From Camelus dromedarius (taxonomy: Eukaryota): a stretch of 64,000 nt of DNA. Shown in pieces: positions 46,901-58,740 of the stretch (positions within the stretch are counted from its first letter, which is position 1; each line of letters begins with the position of its first letter). Location of the stretch: NCBI RefSeq assembly GCF_036321535.1, contig NC_087462.1, positions 9,610,001 to 9,674,000 on the forward strand, read 5' to 3'. Made by a program: the position numbers and the translations under genes. The notes beneath the pieces are model-generated. The model worked only from the letters and a program-made list of their open reading frames with translations. It was not told the DNA's origin and made no database searches.

Positions 46901-48040
46901 CCTTCTGTGGTCTTCATTCAAGTGGGCCTCCCTGATCACTTTAACTAAGGCTGCAAGGAACCTTCGTTTGGGGTTTAGCAGCCAAGGCTCCATAAAGTTT
47001 TACAAATGAACAAATGATTGAATGTGTCCTATGCCAGGCCTGCCTCCTTCCTCACTCAGGGATCCCTGGGAGGCAGGCCTGCACCACTCACCTCTCTCTG
47101 CAGCATCTTCTTCTCAGCCTGAATGACCTTCAGTGAAGACTGTGTGCGGTTCAGCTCGTCCTCCCGGCTGCCCAGGGCCAAACGCAGCCAGGCATTCCTT
47201 TCAGCCAACCGGGCTGCCTCCCGCTGGCAACCCCCAGCCCCCTCCTTCTCCAAGCAGGGCCTCGGTTCCCCCTCACTTCTGTCCTTTGCCTCCGTTGGCC
47301 TAGGACAGCTTGGGGGCCGGCGGCGCCAGGCAGCAGCAGCTGCCTCCAGGGAGCTCAGAGCCTGCTGGAGAGTCTGAAACACATCGGGGGCTCCAAATCC
47401 AGAGAGAAGAGTCTCCCCATCTCGTGGGGCTGCCCCTGGGGCCTGGTGGGCTTCCTCAACAGGCTCATGGGGCCCCTCGGGGGCTAGGGCTGGTCCCCTG
47501 CTAGAGTCCCCATCAACTTCTTTGTCAGTCCTGTGAAGAGGTGAGAGATGGAAAGTTCTGGAAATGGGGTCATCTAGGGGTGGCTGGCATCCAGGGGCTT
47601 TGTAATGAGGATAGGACTGCATTATGCAGGGTCTTAAAAGTCAGGCTTAGGGCAGTGGGACCCATGGGAGGGTCATAAAAGATCTATAGGTCGGAAAGAT
47701 GTGCCCGGTCCGTAGTGGGGGAAATGGACCAATCAGACCTTACCTGCTCTCCAGGCTCTGCCCTTTGGCCTCTGCCTCAGGGCCCAGCAACTCTGGATTG
47801 CAGCTATCCTGAGATGGCACTGGGCCCAGCTCAGAACTCCTGCTGGCTGCCTCAGCCTCCTCTGAACTCTCTGCCACAGGGTCCAGCTCACCCTGCAAAT
47901 AATCCCTAGGACTGAGCTCTGAGCCTGGCAGGTCTGGGTCCTGGGGTCTCTCAGAGCTAGATGTGGCAGGGAGAGGGGACACTTACGGGCAGAGCGTGCC
48001 TCCCTCGCCGGCTTCTGGGCCTTGTGGCCCTGGCACTCAT
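40916..48040 (-). CDS. USHBP1: Harmonin-binding protein USHBP1 (MCC2), 703 aa
   Basis: Exons 48040-47987,47892-47744,47530-47092,45254-45129,44957-44821,44649-44509,44235-44062,43507-43258,42705-42484,41783-41677,41468-41346,41105-40916 = 2112 nt. Starts [15 protein letters not shown]; coiled coils; ends with the class I PDZ-binding motif ETFL. Confidence 0.96.
45420..46200 (+). mobile_element. LINE-1 3' region (L1M-like) in USHBP1 intron 3, containing an inserted exon copy
   Basis: atggccaacaggtacatgaaaagatgctcaacatcactagtcatcagggaa..gatccagcaattcc..atagccaagacatggaagcaacc..gaaataaatcagccagataaagac; N gap 45906-46039. Confidence 0.88.
46330..46960 (+). mobile_element. L2 fragment
   Basis: cagaaccctctgtggctccc..caaatcctcc..cacaaggccctg..tgctgttccctttccctggaac..ggcctccctgatcac. 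Confidence 0.7.
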
Positions 48041-50049
48041 TATCCAGAAATCGGTGTCCTCTGACTCCTTCTCCTTCCTCACCCACCAAAACCACAGCCT
48101 GATCTCAGCTTAAAGCAAATTACAGCCTCAATTTCCTCTTCTGTGAAATGGGCATTGATTTCCCTTCTCCAAAAGGATCCGGAATTATCAATGTGGATTT
48201 GGCACATTTGAATGCCTCCCTTGACAGGCAGCTCACTACTTCTCAAGGTTGCCCTGACCGCTTCCTTCTCCTCTGCCTCCTTTATTTTTCACTACCTCTT
48301 TGCTCCCCTCCCTCTCCTATCTGGGCTTGGGACCAAGAGTTTAACAGTCCCCTCTCCTCTCCAGGGCTCTCCTGAGCCAGAGTTCCCAATCCTGGGGTTT
48401 TGTCCCCTCAGCGCATTCAACTGCTCTGTTCTTCTGGGGGCATCTTGGTCAGAGGACCGAGTCCCTGGACACTCTTGGGGTCACTCTGGCCACTGCCCGC
48501 TCAGGCCTTGGGCTGGCCAAGGCCAGCCTGGGAGGGGCCGGGAAACAGGAAGCCCCCTCCCCTGGCCATGTGACTTGTTATTGTGCATGCAGTTTCCTCT
48601 TCAAGGACAGCGGCTTCCTCCAGCCCCAGCAGGAGGACACATGTCCAGCTCTTGAGATGTCAGTCCCTCCTCACCTCTGCTTCCAAGCAACCCCATGGCT
48701 CCTCCAACTCTGACCCTTGGATTTTATTTCTCAAAAGCCAGAATGTTCCCCTGGGCCGATGCTCTTCATCTGACACCCTTGTGAACTTCTTTTCTCTGCT
48801 CATACCTTCAGTGTCAGGGTCAGAGTTCTCATTCTGTTTCAGTCACAGATAGATTTGGGGTTGGTAACCTTGAGCAAGTGATGGTCTATGATGAGCCTCA
48901 ATTTTCTTATCTTCCTACCCAGGGTCATGGAGTTTTAACAAGCAATTTGCACATGCCCGGCACCAATCCGGGAACTGAATCATAATGCACCCTTCTTGTT
49001 CCCTATGACCTCTCTGACTGCCCCATCTCTGCTTCCTCTGCCAGCTGCTGTTTCTCCTCCATCAATGCTGGATTCCTCAGAGCCCAGATGGTCCCTACAT
49101 CCTGCTCATTTTTCCTGCATCCTCCTCTAAAGGGCCTCCTCCTTGTCTCTATTGATAGTTCCAGCCCAAGCCTCTCCCCACTAACCTGGATGCCAGCCCA
49201 GCTCCCTCTCTGGGCTCCCCAGCCACCCTTCCACTCCCTGCCCCACCCAGACCTCAGAGGCAGAGATCTCATTGTTCACCTCCCCTGCTCATACACCCTG
49301 CATGGCTCCCCATTGCCCTTGGGAAACATTTTAAGCTCTTTAACCTGGCATTCAAGGTCGTTAAAAAAAAAAATGATGCCTGCTGCTGGCACCAATGTGT
49401 ACTCCATGCTCTAGTCACAATGACTTCCTCAATGAACAGCTGAAGGTTCTCATTTCTCTCACACCCTGGGGCCTTTGGCCATGCTGTAACCTCTGCCCTA
49501 AACACCCTTTCCTTCCTTTTGCACTTGGCTTAAACAGTGTAGAGCCCGGCGTGAATCTTCCTGGTCCCACTGACAGACAGACCCTATGAAGCCATATCGT
49601 CTCGCTTCTATGTCCGCAGAGGTAGTAGAGAGAGAAATTGCAATTCTCTGACTTTGAGGTACCCAGAGGCATGGAAATTCTCTTAGCTTGTGCTCCAGCC
49701 ATGTTAACCTGTGAGAGGCTCCACCACTCCAAAGCTCTTCAAAGCCTCCAGAACATTGCCCAGTGGTTCCTTCTGCCAGGAATGAGCTTCCCCCTCTCGT
49801 TTTTTCTAGCAAATTCTCCATCCTTCCAGGCTCATTTTACACAACTCCTCCGGGCCGTGACCGAACCTGAGCCTGCCTGATGTGGGTAGGCTTAATTGAC
49901 TCTTTTACAAATAAAGAAGCTAAGGGTCAGTTTTTAAATGGTTATGGGGCTGAAAGGAGACGTGTGCATGAAGAAAGAAGGGTGGTTTGAAAGAGTTCTG
50001 GTTTAGTATTTTTAAATTTTTGCAAATATATGTAAAAGAAGGAGCAGAA

Positions 50050-50552
50050 TTAAATAGCTGGGCGGGACCTTGGAACCTGGTCGACTCTACCAATCACCAA
50101 TCAGCCCCGCCTCTTCTAAATCCCGCCCAACTAAGTCCCACTCCGGCCATCACAAGGCAGACTAGGCCTTCTCCATTCTTCTGAGCCTATTCCATTAAAA
50201 GCCTCACTCTACTCAGCCGTTCCCCAGCCTAAGACGGTAGAAGCGATGACCAGCGCAGTGTGAATCGGCCTGAAACAGAAAAGCTATGCCTTAATCTCAC
50301 TTTAGCCAATCACATTCCAGATCCCGCCCCACTTAACTCCACTCCAGTCTGACACAATCCAAACCCCGCCTTCTAGCACAGTCCCAGCCTATCAGGTTCC
50401 AAGGCTCTCCAGCCTCGTCCCATTCATCTCTTACGGCCTGTCGAACTGCATTTCCCAGGGGGCGTGGCGGCCGCGCCGCACCACTTCCGGCTGCTAAAGA
50501 TGGCGGCTTCCTAGGGGTTCGGCAGCCGAGTTGGAGGGAGGCTCAGTCTACG
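50050..50552 (+). promoter_or_regulatory. BABAM1 promoter and non-coding exon 1 (donor after 50552)
   Basis: CCAAT boxes (about 50090, 50098, 50306), GC boxes, CACTTCCGG at 50482, YY1-type AAGATGGCGGC at 50497-50507, donor CG|GTGAGC at 50553. Confidence 0.75.
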
Positions 50553-50924
50553 GTGAGCAGTTGGGTGGTGAAAGCGCGCGGGATCCGTTCCTAGAGGCCC
50601 AGCTTCCCTTACCCTAAAAATTCAGTCCCTCGCCTGCCCTAGGGTTTCCGCCTTCAGCTCTGGTTTCTCCTGCAGTCTAGCCTCCATCCCTCTTGCTACA
50701 GCTAAGCCTTGTTTTCCTTGGAGGTTATGGGAGATGCAAGGCGCTCAGAGACCACCCCCGACAGCCCCAGATAGGCGAACTGTTCCACTGGCGTCCTGGT
50801 CTTTCTCAAAGGAACTTGTAGCACTCAGATCTGCTCCCCTCCCTTGTGCAGACACCCACTCGGCAGCCAGCGCCCACTGGGGAGAATCCTAGAAGTTATT
50901 ATTCCTCTCTTTACCAAGACATTT

Positions 50925-51260
50925 TCAGTTTCAGGTAACAGAAAACCCAACTCAGTCTGGCTTCAGTAGGAAAGGGAAGTTAGGCACTGCTGGATCCAGG
51001 GGCTCTGACGTCTTATCTGCTGTTTTCTGGGGGAGCATCACTTCAGGCAGGCTGTCTTTCCCCTCTTGGAGGCAAAGAGGCTCCTAGTAGCTCTCGACTT
51101 GTAACCTCCCAGCTCTGCGATTCTAAAGAGTCACTCTTCTCTAACAGAACTATTCGAAGTCCCAGAGCTACCCCTCACTGGCCTGTGTTGAGTCATGTCC
51201 CCATCTCTGAGCCATTCACAGTGGCCAGATGTGCTCACTAGCTAAGAGGGAAAGGAATAG
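50925..51260 (+). mobile_element. Ancient ERVL-MaLR LTR remnant in BABAM1 intron 1
   Basis: ggtaacagaaaacccaactcagtctggctt..ctggatccaggggctc..gagtcatgtccccatctctgagcc. Confidence 0.55.
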
Positions 51261-51497
51261 AGTTAGCCCTACAGAAAAAAATGGGAGACTGTTACCTTAA
51301 GTCAGAGTGGATGCTGGGCTGATAAGTGTAAAAGGCACCTATTCTACAGATGAAGAAACTGAGTTCCTGAGAGGAGCAACTCTTACAGTCAGTAAGAGGC
51401 TCATGCCTGTTCTGCCCAATAACCAAATGCTTTTAAAACCCCTAAGGAAAAGATCCTGGCTTCCTCCGTTCCTGCTCCATCCTGCCACTCAGGAGCC

Positions 51498-54400
51498 ATG
51501 GAGGTGGCAGAGCCCAGCAGTCCCACAGAGGAGGAGGAGGAAGAGGAGGAAGAGGAACAGTCAACGGAGCCCAGGCCCCGCACCCGCTCCAACCCTGAGG
51601 GGGCTGAGGACCGGGCGGTGGGGGCCCAGGCCAGTGTGGGCAGCCGTAGCGAGGGTGAGGGTGAAGCTGCCAGTGCTGAGGACGGGACCCCCAACCCTCC
51701 AGGAGCTGGCCCCAAGCCATGGCAGGTGCCTCCGCCAGCCCCAGAGGTCCAAGTGCGGACGCCAAGGGTCAACTGTCCAGAGAAAGTGGTAAGTGATGGC
51801 TTGGTCTGTGGCCTTGAGGCGTTAGGGAACCTTGGGTTAAACATTCTCATCTTTCAGGATTCACTTATAAACAGTCCTTTAGTGTTAGACTCTTAAGGCT
51901 GTCACGAAATATGACTGCAAATTAAGTGACTTAAAACAACAGAAATGTATTCTCTCACAGTTCTAGAGGCCAGAAGTCTAAAATCAAGATGTCATTTCCC
52001 TCTGGAGGCCCCAGGGGAGGAGCCTTCTGGGGACTCCAGTTGTTCCTTGGCTTGTGGCCGCATCACTGCCATCTCTGTCTCTGCACCTAGCCTTCCCCTT
52101 TATGTCTCCAAGTCTCCTCTTTTCTTTTATAAGGACACTTCTCACTAAATCAGCATGATCTTATATCAAGATCTTTCCCTTGGTTGCATCTGCAAAGATC
52201 TTAATTCCAAGTAAATTCACATTCTGATGCTTTTGGTAGATCTATCTTTTGGAGGGCCATGGTTCAACCCACTCTGTTTTCTTCTTTCTGTGTTAAATGT
52301 TCTCTGGGTTATTTATTCACTCATCAACCAGGACTCCTAGTCCAGTGCTCTGTTCCCTGAGCTACCTCCTACCAAAGTGGATGGCTTGGTTGGGGATTGG
52401 AGGTCATCATACAGCCTTTTTAGATGGGGCTGCCTGGAGAGGGCCAGCAGGATGGTGTGGGGGCCAGTGTTAATGTCCAGTCTCCAGGTGCTGCTGGACA
52501 CAGCCCTCACCACACTCCAACTTCATGACAGATCATCTGCCTGGACCTGTCGGAGGAAATGTCGCTGCCAAAGCTGGAGTCATTCAATGGGTGAGAGGGC
52601 CGCTGGGTACTTAAATGTGCAGCCATGGCTGGGAGGGGCCCAGCCCCCAAAACTCAGGGCTCTCTCTCTCTGAGACACCCCTAAATGGCCTGCTCTGGGG
52701 CCTGGCGATGTCGGCAAGTAGCAGTGAGAACGGGTAATGATACGACTGTGGCCCACTGGGGCTCTGTTCCAAGAGCTGTCACATGCTGTGTATCACAGCA
52801 ATGAATGAAAACTCTGAGAAACAAAGTGACTGGGCCCAGGCCTCACAGCCAGTGGGCAGAGCCAAACTCAGACCAAGGTCTGGCTGACCCCAAAGCCCTT
52901 GCCCTGAGCAGCAAGGTCTCTTTGGGGTCAGGCAGCAGGGCCTGGAAGCAGCCTAAGGAGCTCTGGGAGATGCTGAGGATGAGCCCCCCTTCCCCTCCTT
53001 GGCACTCCTGATGACCCATGGCTGAACCAAGGTGGGGGTTCTCCCAAGGATCAGATGTGAGACCCAGGCTGGCCCCAGGGACCCATGAGGAGAGGGTCAG
53101 CTGGGATGGGTTTGCACCAGGGCTCTGCCACCCTCCTGCTGCATTACCTGGGGCTTAAGCACCCCCTCACTCTCTGGCCACCCCCAGCTCCAAAACCAAT
53201 GCCCTCAACGTCTCCCAGAAAATGATCGAGATGTTCGTGCGGACAAAACACAAGATCGACAAGAGCCATGAGTTCGCGCTGGTGGTGGTGAACGACGACA
53301 CCGCCTGGGTGAGGCTGGGGCACGGCTGGGTTCCCTGGGGTCCCCTGGGGATCAAGGGCACCCCTCGCTGAGTCTCGTGCTTCCTGGCAGCTGTCCGGCC
53401 TGACCTCTGACCCCCGAGAGCTTTGCAGCTGCCTCTACGACCTGGAGACGGCTTCCTGCTCCACCTTCAGTATCCTTCCATGCAGAGGGCTCCAGGAGCA
53501 GCGGTGGCGGGTGGGGGGCCTGGCTCCCCCAGCTCAGGTCCCGATCCCAGTTCTGCCACATCAGGCTTGAGCCAGTCACCCTTCTAAGCCTCAGTTTCTT
53601 CATCTGTAAAATGGGAGGCCTGAACCCCCTACCCCACAGGGTCACTGGGAAGATAAAGTCAGAGTACAGAAGCAAAAACTGCTGATTTGGATTCCAGAGA
53701 TCAACAGTGCATCCATACAGGGAATAGTTCAGGAAGGGCCAAGTACACAATCGGTGCACAATAAATGGCCATATGTGACTGAAAAGTCGCAATCACTGCT
53801 TCTGCCCCTTTAACCTGAATATTAAAGGCTCACTGCAGCCCAGAACTTCGATATAATATGATTCCAGTGAGTTACAAAGAAAACAATGTGTTGGGAAGAA
53901 GGGGACAGGGACACCCATGGCTCTTTCATGAGAGGAGGATGGCTCCAGCCCCGTGGGAAAGGGGGCTTTCAGTCACTAAGGGTCTTCAGGACATTTGATG
54001 CTGGCCCTCTAGTTCATGTTCTGTATTGAGGGAATAACAGGCTCAGAGAGGGCAAGCAACCAGGCCAGGGTTACACAGCATGTCTCCTGGCAATAGGCTC
54101 AGGCATCTGCGCTCTCCTGGCATCAGGAGGAGGAAAGCCCCCTCTCCCTGCTCACCCGCGCATTGCTGCCACCGGTCTTCTCCTTAGCGTTCCCACCAGA
54201 TCTGGAAGGTCTCTTCAGCCTCATGTAAGTCCCCCCGGGGGAACTTATTGTTCATCACCCCTTCTGGGTAAAAGCTCCAGACAGCCCAGAAATAGACCTT
54301 TAGGGAGGTCTGAAGTCTTCCTTTCCCACCCTTTCTTCTGGGAACAACTGCTCACTTACCTGTCTGGAAGCAGTTTTGCAAAAGAGGTTCTTTCTCAAGT

Positions 54401-56946
54401 CTTGCCCTCCTTTACTCTGTAACGGCCCAGTGGTTCTCCGGCGGCAGCAGCAGCAAACTTTTTCTTTAAAGGGCCAGACAGTAAATATTTTTGGCTTTGT
54501 TGGCCACATGGTCTCTGTTGTAGCAACTAGACTCTGTAATCTAAAAGTAACCACAGACCAGATGCCTGCAAGTGGGTGTGGCTATAAGCCAATAAAACTT
54601 TATTCACAGACACAAATTTGAATTTCACATCATTTCTACATGTGGCAAAATAGTCTCCCTTTGAGTTTCTTTCTTCCCAACAGTTTAAAAATGAAAAAAA
54701 AAAAAAAAAATCTCAGCTTGTGGGCCCAAGGAGTCCAAGCCCTGTTTTTGTCAGCCCCCTGATGGTGGTTGTGGAGTGTGTTTTGCCTTGTTTGCCATGA
54801 TTATCCTGGTACAACCATCTCGGCAGAGTTTGCAAGTGAATCTATGGGATAAATTCCCAATGAAAGACATGCAAAAACAAGGCGGTGTGTGTGTTTTTAA
54901 TTTTGCTAGACTTTGCCAAAGTACTTTCCCAGGAAATTAACCCTGTTTATCTCCCCCAACACCAGGGTTGACCACACTGCTGAATGTTCTGCCCATCTGA
55001 TAGGTGGGAAGAGGCCACATCTTGCTTTGCTGTGCTTTTCTTTTCACTCATTTTAAAGCCATTCATTATTCTTTCAGTAATTTGTCTATTCGTCCCCTTT
55101 ACCTATTTTTCTAGGAGGCTGTTGGCTTTGTTTTTGTTGATCAGATTTGCTTTTTACATATTAAGGGTATTAGCCCTTTGTCTGCCTAGTGTCCTCTGCT
55201 CAACATGAGATCCACCTGTGGCTGAGTGGGGAACTGTGTGCTGACTTAACATATAAGATGTGGTCCCATGCAGGGATAAAAAAAAAATAAGATGTGGTCC
55301 CTACCTAAGAGTCTCCTGGCCTGGTAGGGCAGGTCCAACTCAACGCAGTGATGGGGGATGCTCAGGGTGCTGAGGATAGCCGGAGCAGGCTCTAGCTTTG
55401 GGGTCAACAAAGCCTCTAATGGAGCAGGAGAGGCCAGGCAGAAAGGCCAAGCTAGGGAGGTGCTGGGGCACAGGGAACAGCATGTGGGAAAGCTCAGAGG
55501 CAACAGTGAACTTGGGAGGGGTCAGGTGGGGCCTCCAAGGGTGATGAGAGGAGTGGGCTATCAAAGTGTGCTCTGACCCGTCCTCCCTCCTTCCCCCTGT
55601 GTAGCCAACAGAAGACTGAGCTGCCAGTCACGGAGAATGTGCAGACAATTCCACCACCATACGTGGTCCGCACCATCCTTGTCTATAGCCGTCCACCCTG
55701 CCAGCCTCAGTTCTCCCTGACAGAACCCATGAAGGTGAGCAAGGCCTGGGAGAGGGAGGGATGCCTACAGCCAGCAGGATGGTGGTTAGATCCCAGGAGG
55801 GACTTCCTGATCATAGGAGCTGGGGTGCCTTGAGACCAGTTCCCAGAGCCTAAGGCAGAAGCTGGGGAATTGTGGTCTTGGGGGCCTGGAGTGCCCCAAG
55901 TCCCAAAGGCTGGCTTTCCTCCCCCTGCAGAAAATGTTCCAGTGCCCTTATTTCTTCTTTGATGTTGTTTACATCCACAATGGCACCGATGAGAAGGAGG
56001 AGGAGATGAGCTGGAAGGTGAGAGACTGCTGTGAGTGTGGGTGGCAAGAGGGTATAGGTGTAGATGGGATGTCTCAGAATCCACCTGCCCTAGTGTAGGG
56101 GGTGGGGGGCACATCTCCATTTTGCAGCCCTGGCCCTGCTGGATCATGGTCACTCAGCAACCATTCCCCACATTTCTGCAGTGAATTAATGGGGCTGTTG
56201 GGACAGTGGCCCAGGAGCATGTAGGGTCCTGTCCACTTCCTCACTGCTTCCCTCTCTTGTTGCTATTACTTTCTCTGTGCCTGCTGCCTTCTTGCCTTGT
56301 GAGGTTCTGCTGGTTCTTTACATCCCAGCCCTGAACTAACTGTGGTACATGGAGTCAGGCACTTATCTCTTTGAGCATCAGTTTACCCAGCTGTGAGCCA
56401 GAGGAGTTGAGCCCAGCTCCTATTTATACTTCAATACCCAAATTAGAAGTCCCTACTCTGGGAAGCCTTCCCTGCTCCTCAAGGAAGATCAGCATGGGGG
56501 CTGGAGATCATTGTATCCAGCCATGCCTCTCCAGACCAGGGGCTCCAGCACTGAGACCTTTTGGGGTTCTAGCACTAGGTGGGTGGCATGAAATGTTTGC
56601 TGAATAAGGGAATGTTTTCTGTCTGGCAAATTCCTCTTTACCCTTCAGAACCCATCCCTGAGGCCCCTCCTGGGAAGCCCTCCGGACAGGGAGGGCCTGT
56701 CAGGGGAACCTCTGTCTGAACAGCCCTTCATTGACCCCACAGGACATGTTTGCCTTCATGGGCAGCCTGGACACCAAGGGGACCAGCTATAAGTATGAAG
56801 TGGCACTGGCTGGGCCAGCCCTTGAGCTTCACAACTGTATGGCCAAGCTGTTGGCTCATCCACTGCAGCGGCCCTGCCAAAGCCATGCCTCCTACAGCCT
56901 GCTGGAGGAGGACGATGAAGCCACCGAGGTTGAGGCCACTGTCTGA
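51498..56946 (+). CDS. BABAM1: BRISC and BRCA1-A complex member 1 (MERIT40/NBA1), 331 aa
   Basis: Exons 51498-51788,52532-52590,53188-53308,53391-53469,54200-54224,55605-55734,55931-56017,56743-56946 = 996 nt. MEVAEPSSPTE(10)QSTEPRPRTRSNPEGAEDR (tankyrase-binding RxxPxG), vWA-like PEKVIICLDLSEEM, C-terminal LLAHPLQRPCQ..EATV. Confidence 0.97.
51882..52275 (+). mobile_element. MaLR LTR (MLT1C/D-like)
   Basis: gacttaaaacaacagaaatgtattctctcacagttctagaggccagaagtc..ttataaggacact..atctgcaaagatc..ggagggccatggttcaacccact. Confidence 0.8.
54450..54760 (+). mobile_element. MER58-like hAT-Charlie element
   Basis: cagcaaacttttctttaaagggccagacagtaaatatttttggctttg..ggtgtggctataagccaataaaactttatt. Confidence 0.8.
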
Positions 56947-57206
56947 ACCATCCCTGTACATCCAACCTTCTTGTGCAAAGAAACCTGTGGCCTAGAATAC
57001 TGGTTCTCAAACTGGGCTCTGTAGGACCCCCAGAGTAGGTCACAGGAGGCACCCCAGGCACCTGGGGAACCCTGGAAAGAAACCCAGGGTTCCGGGAAGC
57101 ATCCCAAGGACTCTAGGCAGCCATTCCCCATGTTTTCCAGCCCACATCCCACTCCCAGTTTTTCAGTTGTAATTTTTGTTGTTACCTGTGTGATTTTTGT
57201 CATCAA

Positions 57207-57212
57207 AATAAA
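57207..57212 (+). terminator. BABAM1 poly(A) signal AATAAA
   Basis: AATAAA about 260 nt after the stop, preceded by U-rich sequence. Confidence 0.7.
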
Positions 57213-57254
57213 AATCGGAGACTCCCTAACCCAGGTCCACAACAATCAACTTGT

Positions 57255-57660
57255 GTTAATTGGGATCTTTTTGGTTCCAAGTGACAGAAGACCCATCCCC
57301 TGAGCAGAAAGGAGAATGGCTTGGTTCTTGTGGATAGGAAGCCTTAGGCAGCTTCAGGCATGGCTGTATCCAAGTGCACTGATGTTGCCACTGGGGAAGG
57401 GTGAAATACCCTGAATGGTTGGTATTCAGTGTGCCCTGTTTTCTTCCCAACCCGTGGAAAGGGGTGAGATGGCTGTGACCACTCCCCAAATCCCAACCCA
57501 GATGATGTGAGGGCTCTCCCAGCTCGCCCATATGACTGGCCTTGCCTGGGTCATATAACCTTGCTTTGGGCCAGTCATGGGCCATAGCTGTGGAATGCTC
57601 TGATTGGCCAGGTCTCTGTCAAGCCTCTCTGGGAAGGGAGGTTTATAGTTCCATTAGGAA
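57255..57660 (+). mobile_element. Ancient ERVL-MaLR LTR remnant
   Basis: ggttccaagtgacagaagaccc..gcttcaggcatggctgtatccaag..tgctctgattggccagg. Confidence 0.5.
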
Positions 57661-58199
57661 ATAGTGTGGGTGCTCCCCAGAGGAAGGGAGAAAGGAGACA
57701 CTTATAACAGGTCCACTATTCAATTGTCTTCCTGGATAATGAGAAATTGTGAAAAAAGTTTACCAGCTAGATTTTCTCAGTTCCATAAAAAAATAGTTTT
57801 ATGGGGAAACAGCTTTTCTTTCCCATGAGCATTTATTGGGCATCTGTGTGCCAGGCCCCTCGATCAACTTCAAAGCCGCCTGGGGTTATTCTCCCATTTT
57901 GCATATGGGGAAACTAAAGCCCTAAGAGTCCCAGATCTCCTAAGTAATGGGCTCCCGACCCTGCAGGACTGAAAACGGGAGACGCATAGCTTCTGCAGGC
58001 GGGAGCTATTAACTGAAGACTTATATACCATTAGGGATGTGTGTGCTAATGGAGGCCGCCTGAGCAGAGGATTCCGGGAGACTTAATGCCCTGAGACTTA
58101 GTGCCCGGATCGTAGCTCCACCCCCTCCAGCAGGGTGCGTTCGTGTTTACACCATTTTGAGAGATAATGGCACAGACGGCGACCTCCACCCTTCCAGGC

Positions 58200-58740
58200 C
58201 CTTATCTGCAGCCCCAAGCCCTGTCTGGACGCCACTTGGTGTCGCGGGGTCGGGCCAGCGCTAAAGCTTCCGAACCTCGATGTGGACGACAATGCGGCGT
58301 GGGTCTGCCTGGTTGGAGACCCTGCACTGCGCTTCCGCGCGGGGAACCCAGCCGGTGGGCGGGACGGCGCGTGCGCACAAGGGCGCCTCGGGAAGTTGGA
58401 AATCAGCCCGCCTGGCCGCGGGCCTGGGCGGCCCCCGGGGCATGGGCGCTGCGGCTGGCTTGGCTCGGCGGCTGCGGGTGGCCTTGCGGGAGGAGGAGTT
58501 GCGGTGAGGGCGGGGCCCGGGGGGGCGGGGCGGGGGTGGGGGGCGTGTGTCGCGGTCCACTCTGACCCTTTGACCGTAGGGTCGTGGAGGAGCTGCTCCG
58601 CCGCGGTGCCGACCCCAACCTGGTATTGGAGGATGGCGCGGCGGCCATGCACCTGGCGGCCAGAGCCCGGCACCCGCGGAGTCTGAGTTGCCTTGAGGCC
58701 CTGCTTCGCCGTGGCGGAGACCCCAACGCACGGTGAGAGG
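58200..58740. promoter_or_regulatory. ANKLE1 CpG island/promoter
   Basis: CpG-dense; GGCGGGA at 58358, NRF1-like GCGTGCGCA at about 58368, GC boxes. Confidence 0.65.

Noticed and set aside
48040-50500. Shared bidirectional USHBP1/BABAM1 promoter
   Set aside because: Head-to-head layout is real, but about 2.4 kb with L2 fragments separates them and I could not place a USHBP1 first exon near the CpG island.
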